DNA from: a virus
Lineage: Duplodnaviria; Caudoviricetes
Length of the DNA: 62,842 bases
Strand: one strand, 5' to 3'
IMG/VR virus record: IMGVR_UViG_3300032174_000006
Coordinates: 1 to 62,842 of that record
The position numbers and the translations under genes were made by a program. Positions within the stretch are counted from its first letter, which is position 1. Every line of letters starts with the position of its first letter. Shown here in pieces: positions 36,695-45,934 of this stretch. The notes under the pieces were generated by a model. That model ran no database searches and had not been told where the DNA came from. It saw nothing but the letters and a program-made list of their open reading frames with translations.

Positions 36695-39028
36695 CTACAT
36701 AGGAAAGCAACTCAGCGACAAAATATCGCTATCCGTCATGGCGTGAGTGCCCATGACGTCGGTGTAATTCTGAAACGTGGCGGATGATACGGTAGATACG
36801 GTCTGGAGCACGGTCGCCTGATTGGTATTCTTCGTCGTGAGATTCGTCGCGGTGCAATTCCATCCGGTCTTCGCGACGGGCAGGCCGATGACGCCAGTGC
36901 CTGTGTTGCTCGTCCCCACGTTGATGCGAAACGCGGTCGTGCCGTTTGGATTCGCCACAATCGCCGCGCCCGTGCCGAAGCCGGAGGATATCGTCGGCGC
37001 GTTCAGGGATAGATTCGCCTGCCACACACCGAAGATACGGGTAAGAAACGCCCCTCCGCCTCCTGCCGCTACGACTCCCTGCGTACAATCCGAACAGAAT
37101 AATTGCGATCCGCTTCCGGCGATCGGCAGCGTTGCGAACGTGTATCCGACCGAATCGCTGCGCTGCACGATTACATCGTTCGGGCTTCCGCCAGAGTCGA
37201 AGGTCGCCACCGGATCGCCTTGATTATTCTCGTAATAGTTGACGAGGGTGTGGGTATCCACCCGCGAGATACAGAAGTGGATATGCAGGCAGGTATTGTT
37301 AATGAAACGATTGCCGCTTCCGTTCGTTGCGATGCCTGCCGTGTTATTGAAGAAATATGCCGCGTCCACGGAACTCGTGATGGTATCGTTCACGAAATTT
37401 TCCGAGACGATGTTGTCAAGAGTATGCTGGGCCGCGACGGATGTCAGACACACGCCATAGGTCGCCCCGGTCTCGGTGCCCGCCAAAACGATAGAGTTCT
37501 TGGAAATCTTGGCCGAAATGGTTTCACCTTTTATATTGATGGCGCAGAATCCGGAAGACGCGGTGGTGGTTAAGGTGATCCAGTTGCTTTCGACGGTTAG
37601 CACAACTGCGGTGGCCATCTGCATGCCGTCATTGTTGCCAAAGCCCATGATATTGTTAGCGTAAGTTCCTGCTCCTATCACCCCCGGTCCGTTCGCGCCG
37701 CCGCCGAAGATGGAATTGTTGGTGATGAGCGCACCGAGCGCGGTCTTGAGCGCCGTCCCTCCATTGGAATGAGAAATTAAATTCCCGGTCATGACCAATG
37801 AGTTGCCGCCAATGGTGGATCCATCCACAAGAATATGAGTGCCGGAATCGGTGATATAGTTGTCGTTAAACGTCGGCTGGCCGGTGATGACGATGCCCGT
37901 TCCGCTTGCGGTGCCGTCCCCGGCGATGTGATTCTCGGTGATGTATTCTAATCCGGAAATCTCCATCGCGTGCGTGCCCCAGTTTTCAATGTCATTGTGC
38001 TGGATGTACACCCATAAGCCCGCCGCGTTCTTGATTGCATCCCCGGCTTCGTTGAGGATCACGTTGTTTTCCGCGATGGTGTTGTTGAATAGCACAAGGT
38101 CGTTGCTGGGATTGATTACGATTCCGTTTCCTGTGAAGGACGCTTTCACGCCCTCGAAGTGGAGATATTTAATAACGTTGTTCGCTCCGTTCGTCTGGAC
38201 CTGGTCGATATTAGCGGCTTTGGTGAAGGTGGTGATGCTGCCGGGGCAGCCGACGAGGGACGCGCTGGAATTGTTGAGATTGATATTCGCGGTCTGGGAG
38301 ACGGACTGGCCGCAGAAGGTGAATACGGTCGCTTTCGTGGTGGTGACGGCGGTGGAGAGTGTTTGCGCGCCGGTCAGATTATCGCCCCGGCAGATTCCAC
38401 CAGCGGCCGGCAGTGCGGCATCACATGCGTTCATCTTCGCGCCGAGGTTCGCACCCGCGATCCCAGCCATGTCCAGCACCACGGTCCCGCCGGAGATTGT
38501 GGTCGCGGCGGAGAAGTAGGTCGTGTCGCCCGCCGCGCCGGATACCGTGGCGGTGCTGCAAGTCGGGCAGGAGATCACGCCAGTGGTGGTGATCGGGCTG
38601 GGCGTGACGACGATCGGTGAAGTGGCGGTGAAACTGGTCACCGTGCCGCTGCCCCCGCCGCCTGCGCTAGTGAGGATGAACACGTCGGAATAAGTGACCG
38701 GGCCGGGGAGCCCGCCGCCGGTCATGGTGATGTCGTACTCCCCGTTCGCCGCGTAGAATATCCACCGCCCGTTGGAGTTCGCGGTGAAGGGATTGGACAG
38801 GGGAGTGGAGGAGCCGGTGGAGAAGATCGTCGCCGCACCGCCGCCGTGAACGCTAACGCTGACCGTGCAGGAGGGGAAGGAGCCCTGTACCGTGTTGGTC
38901 GAGGATAGTCCGGAGGTGACGACAACCGTCGCGCCTGCCTCGCACCACCCCTGCGCGTTCGCGAGCTGCGCACGGGCCGGGAGCGCGGAGAGTAGAAGCA
39001 GGGGAAGCAGGTATAGAAACCGTTTCAT
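36695..39028 (-). CDS. beta-helix tailspike/fibre-like protein with N-terminal signal peptide
   Basis: ATGA overlap fixes the start at MKRFLYLLPLLLLSALPARA|Q; spike-like N-domain (LSNPFTANSNG.W.FYA..G.YDI), GGGGSGTVTS linker, parallel beta-helix N/I repeats. Confidence 0.75.
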   Translation of the reverse strand: MKRFLYLLPLLLLSALPARAQLANAQGWCEAGATVVVTSGLSSTNTVQGSFPSCTVSVSVHGGGAATIFSTGSSTPLSNPFTANSNGRWIFYAANGEYDITMTGGGLPGPVTYSDVFILTSAGGGGSGTVTSFTATSPIVVTPSPITTTGVISCPTCSTATVSGAAGDTTYFSAATTISGGTVVLDMAGIAGANLGAKMNACDAALPAAGGICRGDNLTGAQTLSTAVTTTKATVFTFCGQSVSQTANINLNNSSASLVGCPGSITTFTKAANIDQVQTNGANNVIKYLHFEGVKASFTGNGIVINPSNDLVLFNNTIAENNVILNEAGDAIKNAAGLWVYIQHNDIENWGTHAMEISGLEYITENHIAGDGTASGTGIVITGQPTFNDNYITDSGTHILVDGSTIGGNSLVMTGNLISHSNGGTALKTALGALITNNSIFGGGANGPGVIGAGTYANNIMGFGNNDGMQMATAVVLTVESNWITLTTTASSGFCAINIKGETISAKISKNSIVLAGTETGATYGVCLTSVAAQHTLDNIVSENFVNDTITSSVDAAYFFNNTAGIATNGSGNRFINNTCLHIHFCISRVDTHTLVNYYENNQGDPVATFDSGGSPNDVIVQRSDSVGYTFATLPIAGSGSQLFCSDCTQGVVAAGGGGAFLTRIFGVWQANLSLNAPTISSGFGTGAAIVANPNGTTAFRINVGTSNTGTGVIGLPVAKTGWNCTATNLTTKNTNQATVLQTVSTVSSATFQNYTDVMGTHAMTDSDILSLSCFPM

Positions 39029-39999
39029 TTCACCCATCCTCGGGACTGGACTTCTCCCATGATGGAGTCTACACTGCTTCGCCCGTAAATCATTGGACAA
39101 TATGACCCGGATTCCAGAATCGCAGGGGGACACCACGCGTGCGACATCTCCTCCTCGAAGGATAGGAATCCCGACCGGGAGATGGAATCGCCACGCGGGC
39201 GCCACCACATCGCGGTGGGGACGTTGAGATAGGTGGAAATGATCCCCACGCCGGCTTGATACGAGATTAGAAATTTAGAATTCTTCGTCACGGAGAAGAG
39301 TTCCCCGATGGTGGTCCGGCCGATGAGGTCGATCCAGTGGGAGGAGGTGCCGTTCAGCCGCGGCGCGAGCATGTGGGTGTAGTAATCGTGATCGTATTCC
39401 GCGCCGACGACGACGATGGGCAGGCCGAATTGCTTGAATATCCGCTCCCCGAGTTCCACCCATTCCGCAGGCTTCCATAACATGTTGCGATTATGCCCTT
39501 CGATGGTGTTGCCATGTAGCGGACCGGGATAGAACACCGCGAACGGGCCGAGTTTGGACCGCACCATGGCACCGTACGCGAGTTCTTTCGAGGTCAGGCG
39601 GAAGTGGGAGAATATTCCCCAGTTGATGTCATAGTGCGGTAGCCATTTCTCCAGCCGGATTCCGCGTTCGAGCGGGGCGTTGGGGATCAGCACGGTATAA
39701 TGCTCACCCTTAAATATATAGTCTCCATCTTCGATGTAATCCCAGTATCCGCCGGGAGTGAAAGGCGGCTTGTCCGCGCCGGAATTGTTCAAGAGGCCGT
39801 AATTCAGCCGCATGTCCACGGACCGGACGAACTCGAATCGACGGAGAAAATCCAGCGCGCGGTCTTGCAGCATATTGCGCTCGGAACAGGTGAGGAAGAC
39901 GTCGATCGGCTCGCCGGGGGCGAGTTTATCCCGGATGGCTTGGATTTTATGCAGCGCCCACACGCTGTCGCCGATTCCCTGCGGGAGTAAGAATTTCAT
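39025..39999 (-). CDS. GT9-like (heptosyltransferase-fold) glycosyltransferase
   Basis: PQGIGD..W, IVVVG, IDLIGRTTIGEL, FLISYQAG. Confidence 0.75.
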   Translation of the reverse strand: MKFLLPQGIGDSVWALHKIQAIRDKLAPGEPIDVFLTCSERNMLQDRALDFLRRFEFVRSVDMRLNYGLLNNSGADKPPFTPGGYWDYIEDGDYIFKGEHYTVLIPNAPLERGIRLEKWLPHYDINWGIFSHFRLTSKELAYGAMVRSKLGPFAVFYPGPLHGNTIEGHNRNMLWKPAEWVELGERIFKQFGLPIVVVGAEYDHDYYTHMLAPRLNGTSSHWIDLIGRTTIGELFSVTKNSKFLISYQAGVGIISTYLNVPTAMWWRPRGDSISRSGFLSFEEEMSHAWCPPAILESGSYCPMIYGRSSVDSIMGEVQSRGWVK

Positions 40000-40571
40000 T
40001 CGTTTCTCCTGTGATCCGTACGGATGAGAATATTCCCCGTCCCGTCCGGATAGTACGCCCAATCGACGCTTCCGCGATTGAGATTGTGCAGCGCGTTGAA
40101 AATCCCCCGGCAGACTTCCGTATCCTGCGCGTCATCGCATAATATCCATTTCGCGCCAGCGTTCCACGCGAGGGTGACATCGTGGGTGACATATTCCGCC
40201 GCGTGATTCCCGTCGATATGCGCGAGGTCGTACCATCGGCCGGGGAGTTCTGGGAGGGTGAGACTGTCCGCAACGATGATCTCAGAATGATAGCCGTGCT
40301 CGCCGAGGAGATCGGATACGAATTTCGACGGACGGACGGTGAACTTTCTCCCGTATTCGTAATCGTTGTCGATTCCGGTGTAGGTACAGCCGAGCGGGGA
40401 AACTTCGAGAAAAGCCAGCGCGGCCAGTCCCTCGCCGATGCCGATTTCGCAGATGGAATTCGGCTGAATCGCGGCGGCGATGGAGCGTTTGAACGAGACG
40501 TATTTCGCGGAGTCGAACGCGCGCGGCTCACGGAACGGGCGGAGAAGGGAATCTGCGACGCTAAACGGCAT
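39996..40571 (-). CDS. class I SAM-dependent methyltransferase
   Basis: ICEIGIGEG, YTGID, DLAHIDGNH, ILCDD. Confidence 0.85.
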   Translation of the reverse strand: MPFSVADSLLRPFREPRAFDSAKYVSFKRSIAAAIQPNSICEIGIGEGLAALAFLEVSPLGCTYTGIDNDYEYGRKFTVRPSKFVSDLLGEHGYHSEIIVADSLTLPELPGRWYDLAHIDGNHAAEYVTHDVTLAWNAGAKWILCDDAQDTEVCRGIFNALHNLNRGSVDWAYYPDGTGNILIRTDHRRNE

Positions 40572-41103
40572 GGATCACCATCAGCTTGCTCCAAGGATCA
40601 CGTTCGATCTTGAAATATTCGATGTGGATGTCGTAGGGGAGATGGGGCGTGATGCCGCGCGGCTCCAGCACGTCCTCGATCACGTAGATGCCTCCAGGGG
40701 ACAGCAAAGGGACGAACGTTTTCGCGGATTCAATTTGATGATGAGATTCATGCGATCCGTCGTCGATCATGAAGTCGATTTTGTTACCGATGCGCGCACT
40801 GGCATCGAACAGCGATCCCGAACTTGCTTGATCGCAAGGGTAGGAGTCAATCCGCTCTTCGTAAATCAGCTTCTTCTCGTCACAGTCCAGACCGTAGATC
40901 ATCGCGAGGGGGAAGTAATCCCGCCACATGCGAAGCGATGCGCCGGTGTCGATGCCGATTTCCACAACCTTGCGGATTGACTCCTCGCGACCGGCGAACA
41001 GGGAGTGGTAATAATGCGTGTATCCATGGCCGAGAGGTTCCGGTCGCTTATCTGTGCCGTATTTCTCCGCCAGAGCGCATAGAGGCGTATAAGTCACTTC
41101 CAT
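40561..41103 (-). CDS. SAM-dependent (sugar O-)methyltransferase
   Basis: KYGTDK..HGY, VEIGIDTGAS, IDDGSH, GGIYVIED. Confidence 0.85.
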   Translation of the reverse strand: MEVTYTPLCALAEKYGTDKRPEPLGHGYTHYYHSLFAGREESIRKVVEIGIDTGASLRMWRDYFPLAMIYGLDCDEKKLIYEERIDSYPCDQASSGSLFDASARIGNKIDFMIDDGSHESHHQIESAKTFVPLLSPGGIYVIEDVLEPRGITPHLPYDIHIEYFKIERDPWSKLMVIHAV

Positions 41104-41666
41104 ATGACTCCAATGCCTCCGCCGGAGATTCTCCCGTCTGGTGAGGTTCCCATGCCCTGCCACGCCTGCGCGGAGGCGAGGTCCCGGCCGATGATCTCCA
41201 CGGAGGGGTGGCGGAAGGCGATATCGTTCCAGATGCGGACGATATTCGGGATGAGGATATCATGGAATCCCACGAGCTTCTGCGCGACGGGGTACCACAG
41301 GTCGAAGTCCTTGCGCGGCGCGTTCCCGTCGTGGTCTGCGTCAATGAATACGACATCCGGGTATCCGCCGAGAACGTCTATCACCCGGCGGAAGGTGTCG
41401 ATGTCGTAGCTCGACCCGCGGATGTAATGTACGCCTTCTGTCGGGACCCCGTATTGCGGATTGTTGATGTCCACCGCGACGACGGACGGGATGCCGGCGG
41501 CGAGCATATACCCTGCGTGACCCGTGCCTAGTTCGACGTAGGATTTCGCGCCGGCCGTGAGACAGATGGACACCCAGGAGAGAAATTCCGGCTTGCGCTG
41601 CCCGAGCCGCGCGGTATCAAACTCGGGAAGTGAGGAAGATGGTCGCGCGCCGGTTGTCGTGTGCAT
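41094..41666 (-). CDS. class I SAM-dependent methyltransferase
   Basis: YVELGTG, VAVD, DVVFIDADH, VGFHD; GAGGTG RBS before ATG 41666. Confidence 0.85.
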   Translation of the reverse strand: MHTTTGARPSSSLPEFDTARLGQRKPEFLSWVSICLTAGAKSYVELGTGHAGYMLAAGIPSVVAVDINNPQYGVPTEGVHYIRGSSYDIDTFRRVIDVLGGYPDVVFIDADHDGNAPRKDFDLWYPVAQKLVGFHDILIPNIVRIWNDIAFRHPSVEIIGRDLASAQAWQGMGTSPDGRISGGGIGVIWK

Positions 41667-42213
41667 ATGCCACCTCGGAGGAGATTAATTTGTGCCCCGC
41701 CGCAACGAGTGTTTCCGCGAAGAGGCGTTCGGATACCCAGAGATTATTGCCGAATGAGGGGGAGCCGTCGTTGAACGTCTCGCCGGAGGTTGTTTGCATG
41801 TCGAATTGCGCGGTCTCGCCGAGGGAGAGGAATTTCGGGAATAGTTCCAGCCAGTTTTCGAGGTCGAAATGTTTCAGGAAAGCGTGCGCGCAGACGAGGT
41901 CATAGCACAGGCAGTTATTGGACAGAGTACGGACGTCCATCTGCTCGAATTTCAGTGTGGGATTGCGGCGCCTCGCGTAGGCAAGCGCCTCCGGATTCGC
42001 GTCGATGCCCATATACTCCGCATGGGGAAACTGCGCTGCCAGCATGCCTGCGAAGATGCCAGTGCCGCAGCCGAGTTCGAGGATCGTATAAGGCGTGAGG
42101 TGCGAGATCAGGGACGCAAGATGCTGCTTCTCATGGATCAAACGAATCCAGGTGTCATCCTCCCGCGCCAGCACCTCCCCGCGCAGGACTTCGCTCACAT
42201 CAGGGTATTTCAA
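41617..42213 (-). CDS. class I SAM-dependent methyltransferase
   Basis: ILELGCGTG, YMGID, YDLV. Confidence 0.88.
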   Translation of the reverse strand: MKYPDVSEVLRGEVLAREDDTWIRLIHEKQHLASLISHLTPYTILELGCGTGIFAGMLAAQFPHAEYMGIDANPEALAYARRRNPTLKFEQMDVRTLSNNCLCYDLVCAHAFLKHFDLENWLELFPKFLSLGETAQFDMQTTSGETFNDGSPSFGNNLWVSERLFAETLVAAGHKLISSEVAYAHDNRRATIFLTSRV

Positions 42214-43106
42214 TATCCACCTCCGTTCGGCAGCCCGCGCAATACAGCCGCCGGATCGGTACCGTATTTGTGGATGAACGATTGAAGATCATGTCCCCAG
42301 ATGCCCACCGCCGGATCGCCGAACGCGGTAGATTGATTGTGCAGGTGAACGTAGGGGATATTCGGGACAGCCAGCACGGGCGGGTAGCCGAGACGTGCGG
42401 TAAGGACCGGATACTCCATATCGTAGAAGATTCCGTCGTGCTCGCCGAAGCCGCCGATCTCCTCCCAGATGTGAATGGGAATGACGAATCCGGACGGTCC
42501 GAGCCGCGCGATGGAGATGATTCGGTCGGTGACGAAATATTTCACGAACCAATCAGTGACAGTCGTGCCATCTTCGGAGCCGGGGGAGCCGAAGTAGATG
42601 GGAGACACGCCGCCGGGGAGGAGGATTCGCCACGTGGACTCGGATTCAAGATCGCGCTGGTCCCATTCCGCCGGGGAGCGTTCCCAGATGGATGAATTCC
42701 CCGTGCGGACAAGAGCTTCCATCGCGGACAATGTAATTCCCGCCGCAGGGGAGGATTCTGCATACGCGAGCCATTTGGAGAGGTCGCCGGAGTTCTCAGC
42801 CAGTGGGGAGAAGATCGTGTCATCGTGAAGGCAGCACACATGGGAATGGCCGAGCTGCTGCATCCAGCGGATCGCCTCGTTGAAGCAGCCGTTGATCCAT
42901 CCGGTTGAGTAGGTATGGAGAACTTTCACGTTCGGCTGCGACTCGAAATATCCTTCGGGGACTTGCGCGCGGTTCCCCGGCCATACTTTTGACGAGGTGG
43001 CGAACGCGATATGCACGGGGAGGGTAGGCTCCATCCGGCGGAGAGAGCGTAATGCGCGGACCATTTTGTTCCCGCCTGTGGAGACGAATACGACGCCGAC
43101 GCTCAT
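42210..43106 (-). CDS. GT-A fold (GT2-like) glycosyltransferase
   Basis: CLHDD motif, IGGF.E, YDME, VHLH. Confidence 0.7.
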   Translation of the reverse strand: MSVGVVFVSTGGNKMVRALRSLRRMEPTLPVHIAFATSSKVWPGNRAQVPEGYFESQPNVKVLHTYSTGWINGCFNEAIRWMQQLGHSHVCCLHDDTIFSPLAENSGDLSKWLAYAESSPAAGITLSAMEALVRTGNSSIWERSPAEWDQRDLESESTWRILLPGGVSPIYFGSPGSEDGTTVTDWFVKYFVTDRIISIARLGPSGFVIPIHIWEEIGGFGEHDGIFYDMEYPVLTARLGYPPVLAVPNIPYVHLHNQSTAFGDPAVGIWGHDLQSFIHKYGTDPAAVLRGLPNGGGY

Positions 43107-44272
43107 GCGGACCTCGCGAGTTCCGGACTATACCACGTGAAGAATCTACCTTTGTAAGCGGTGCGGTATTTATGCGCGATGGCTTGGCTGAAGTTCCAGG
43201 CGAGGATCATCGTCGCGTCGGGTTGCTCAGCCAGCCAGTTCGCCACCGGGACGACTTGAATGCCCGTGCCGGGGATGAATTTCCCCTGTTTCGTCGGCGT
43301 GTCGTCCGCGATGATGGACATTTGGGCGTTCGTGATCCCGCAATAATTGAGAAATATCGTCGCTTTCGCAGCAGCGCCGAATCCCGCGACTACGCGATCC
43401 GCTAGCATCTCGCGGGTGGCGAGTTTACACTTTTCCACGCGGGATGAGAAATCGGAATAATACCCTGGGGAGTGGATGAAGAATGATTCCTGCGAGAGGA
43501 TTAGGCTGGTGGAATGGCCACGCGAGCCGATCTTCGACGCCCAGATGCGGAGGGAGCCGCCGTGCGTGTCGATCTTTTCGGTGCGGATGATGGTCATCCC
43601 GTGGCGGGTGAAGAGACGATCCAGCGCGGTCAGGGAGAATTGATAAACGTGTTCGTGATAGCACTGGTCGAACGCCGTCTTCGCGAGGAGTTCATAGAGA
43701 TATGGGACTTCGATAATCACTGTACCGTCCGGCTTCAGCGCGAGGGAAAGGCCGAGGACGAAATCGTTCAGGTCCGGGACGTGTGCAAGAACGTTGTTAG
43801 CGTGGATGATATCCGCTTGCGGGCCGAGACCCTTCGCCATCGCGGCGGAGAAGAATCCCCGCACGGTGGGGATGTCCAGTTTCGCGGCGGCGTCGGCGGC
43901 ACGCTCGGACGGGTCGATGCCGAGCACGGGGATCGGGCCGTAGTGCTGGAGGAGATAGCCGTCGTTTGAGCCGATCTCCATCACGAGGGAACGATTATCG
44001 AGGGGGATGCGCTTGCGGACGGATTCGACTAGGGATTTCGCGTGGGCCACCATCGGAGAGGAGTACGAGGTGAGGTAGGAATAGTCGGTGAACATTTCCT
44101 CGGGAGGGACGGTTTCAGTGAGCTGCACGAGCGAGCAGGTCTCACATAGTGCGAGTTCCAACGGATACTTTTTATATGATTCATCGGGGGAGTTCAGGAG
44201 AGAATTCGCCAGCGGCATTTCGCCGAGGGAGAAGATTGGATGAGTCCTGCTGCCGCAGCTTCGGCAATTCAT
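43103..44272 (-). CDS. NDP-hexose C-methyltransferase
   Basis: Zn site CRSC..CETC, EIGSNDG, HEH, HGGS, FGAAAK, DD.P.KQGKF.PG, LAWN. Confidence 0.9.
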   Translation of the reverse strand: MNCRSCGSRTHPIFSLGEMPLANSLLNSPDESYKKYPLELALCETCSLVQLTETVPPEEMFTDYSYLTSYSSPMVAHAKSLVESVRKRIPLDNRSLVMEIGSNDGYLLQHYGPIPVLGIDPSERAADAAAKLDIPTVRGFFSAAMAKGLGPQADIIHANNVLAHVPDLNDFVLGLSLALKPDGTVIIEVPYLYELLAKTAFDQCYHEHVYQFSLTALDRLFTRHGMTIIRTEKIDTHGGSLRIWASKIGSRGHSTSLILSQESFFIHSPGYYSDFSSRVEKCKLATREMLADRVVAGFGAAAKATIFLNYCGITNAQMSIIADDTPTKQGKFIPGTGIQVVPVANWLAEQPDATMILAWNFSQAIAHKYRTAYKGRFFTWYSPELARSA

Positions 44273-45408
44273 AATTGCTCCAGCGCGTCGCATACGGCGG
44301 AGACGGCGTGATCCATCCCCTCCGCGTTGTTTCGGAATAGACGATGAGACGGGTAGAAGTGATTATAGGTCCCGTGGATGCCGTAGTACGCGGCGGAGTT
44401 GCCGGGGAGGATAACCCAAGTGGGGATGCCCATGGCGCCCGAGAGATGCGCGACGGCCGTGTCCACGGTGATGACCAGTTTCAGCGTGGAAATCAGCGTC
44501 GCCGTGTCTAGCCATTCCCCATCGCGGTCGAGGTCAACGATAGGGCGATTCTCGCAGATATGAAACGCCTGCGCGGGAGAGAGGGAACGATTGCGGCGGG
44601 GGATTTTCTCCTCGCCAGCGGTGATACATAGGCCGATGTTATCCGTGGGAGGGGATTCGAGACGGATATATCGTTCGGTGGGGATTTCGGATGTGTCCCG
44701 GCAGAAATATCCCCCGAGCGACAGCACACACGTGTAGCAGTCATAGTCCGACGGGATCAGCGTCCCCTCCAGCCCTGCCACGCTCCCCGCAATCAATCGG
44801 TCGAATCCGTACATCCCGTCGAGGAGCGAGTGCATCGACGCGGGACACATATACGTGACCGTCGCGCCGAGGCCCTTCAGCTTGGGGATCCAGCGCATGT
44901 GGAGAAAATTGTCACCGAAGCCGCCGCCAGATAACACGAGGATGCGTTTATTGAGGAGAGAGGATCGCCCGTCCCATTCCGGGATGATGTTCTTCACCCA
45001 TCCCCACGGCGCGTGCGAGCGGGAGTAAATCGGCCACGCTTCGAGGAATCGGCCCATGCGGAGGAGGGAGTCGGAATACAATATCGCGGCATATGGATGG
45101 TCGGGATTGATGCGATACGCTTCTTCCGCGAGTGAGAACGCAGGGTAAAATTGCGATTGCGATTCGAGAATCACCGCGAGATTGATGAGGGTGGTAGGAG
45201 TGCGTTCAAGGCCGAGGGCGTGCCGCGCGGCGATCAGCGCGAGGTTCGTGCGGCCGGAGAGGAATAACGCGGAGGCGTGATTGGACCAGTCCAGCCAGTC
45301 GGAAGTGTAGGTAGGAGGGGAGAGGAATTTGTGGACATCGGCTTGCGTCATGAATGATGCCACGCAGCCATCGGCGCGGGTTTGATAGGAGTCGGTATCA
45401 GGAGTCAT
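44269..45408 (-). CDS. TPR + GT9-like glycosyltransferase
   Basis: TPR-like helices, WDG..L..K.ILV...GFGD, LVITVDTAVAHLSGAMG. Confidence 0.85.
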   Translation of the reverse strand: MTPDTDSYQTRADGCVASFMTQADVHKFLSPPTYTSDWLDWSNHASALFLSGRTNLALIAARHALGLERTPTTLINLAVILESQSQFYPAFSLAEEAYRINPDHPYAAILYSDSLLRMGRFLEAWPIYSRSHAPWGWVKNIIPEWDGRSSLLNKRILVLSGGGFGDNFLHMRWIPKLKGLGATVTYMCPASMHSLLDGMYGFDRLIAGSVAGLEGTLIPSDYDCYTCVLSLGGYFCRDTSEIPTERYIRLESPPTDNIGLCITAGEEKIPRRNRSLSPAQAFHICENRPIVDLDRDGEWLDTATLISTLKLVITVDTAVAHLSGAMGIPTWVILPGNSAAYYGIHGTYNHFYPSHRLFRNNAEGMDHAVSAVCDALEQL

Positions 45409-45442
45409 ATCCTTATTGTAATAATAGTGCTACAATGCCCCC

Positions 45443-45934
45443 ATGCCTGCACATCGAGATTGGCTAGTTCGCTTTCTTGAAAATATTTCAGTAAACGATC
45501 AAACCGGATGCTGGGACTGGATTGGATCATGCCAGCCCTCTGGCTACGGCCAGTTAAATCTCCAGCGCGAAGATGGAGCAGCCCGTCCTGAACTTGCCCA
45601 TCGAATTTCCTACCGCGTATTCCGTGGCCCCATCCCGACCAACATCAACCGGCCTACAATAGACCATCTTTGTAGAAATCGGAAGTGCGTAAATCCTGAG
45701 CATCTAGAAACCGTCAGCAATCGTGAAAATATTCTAAGAGGAACAGCCCCATCGGCGATGTACGCCAGAAGAACGCATTGTAATTACGGCCACGAATATA
45801 CCGAAAATAATTTAGCTCGACGCAGTAATCGTAGAGTACGAGAATGCAAAATCTGCAAGAGCAACTCGCAAAAGAAGTATAAACGTAACAAAAAGGCTAA
45901 AGCTGTGCGTAGGGACCGGCGTATCCGCTTATAG
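45443..45934 (+). CDS. HNH homing endonuclease (antisense to the late operon)
   Basis: CWDWIG..GYG..HR..DHLCRNRKCVNPEH; THCNYGHEY..CKIC. Confidence 0.9.
   Translation: MPAHRDWLVRFLENISVNDQTGCWDWIGSCQPSGYGQLNLQREDGAARPELAHRISYRVFRGPIPTNINRPTIDHLCRNRKCVNPEHLETVSNRENILRGTAPSAMYARRTHCNYGHEYTENNLARRSNRRVRECKICKSNSQKKYKRNKKAKAVRRDRRIRL

Noticed and set aside
39029-39208. 60-aa N-terminal extension of the spike given in the ORF track
   Set aside because: It lies inside the GT9-like gene; the ATGA-coupled start at 39028 is far more plausible.
41594-41666. Possible programmed frameshift joining two methyltransferases that overlap by 50 nt
   Set aside because: The downstream gene has its own GAGGTG RBS and ATG at 41666, so independent initiation is enough.
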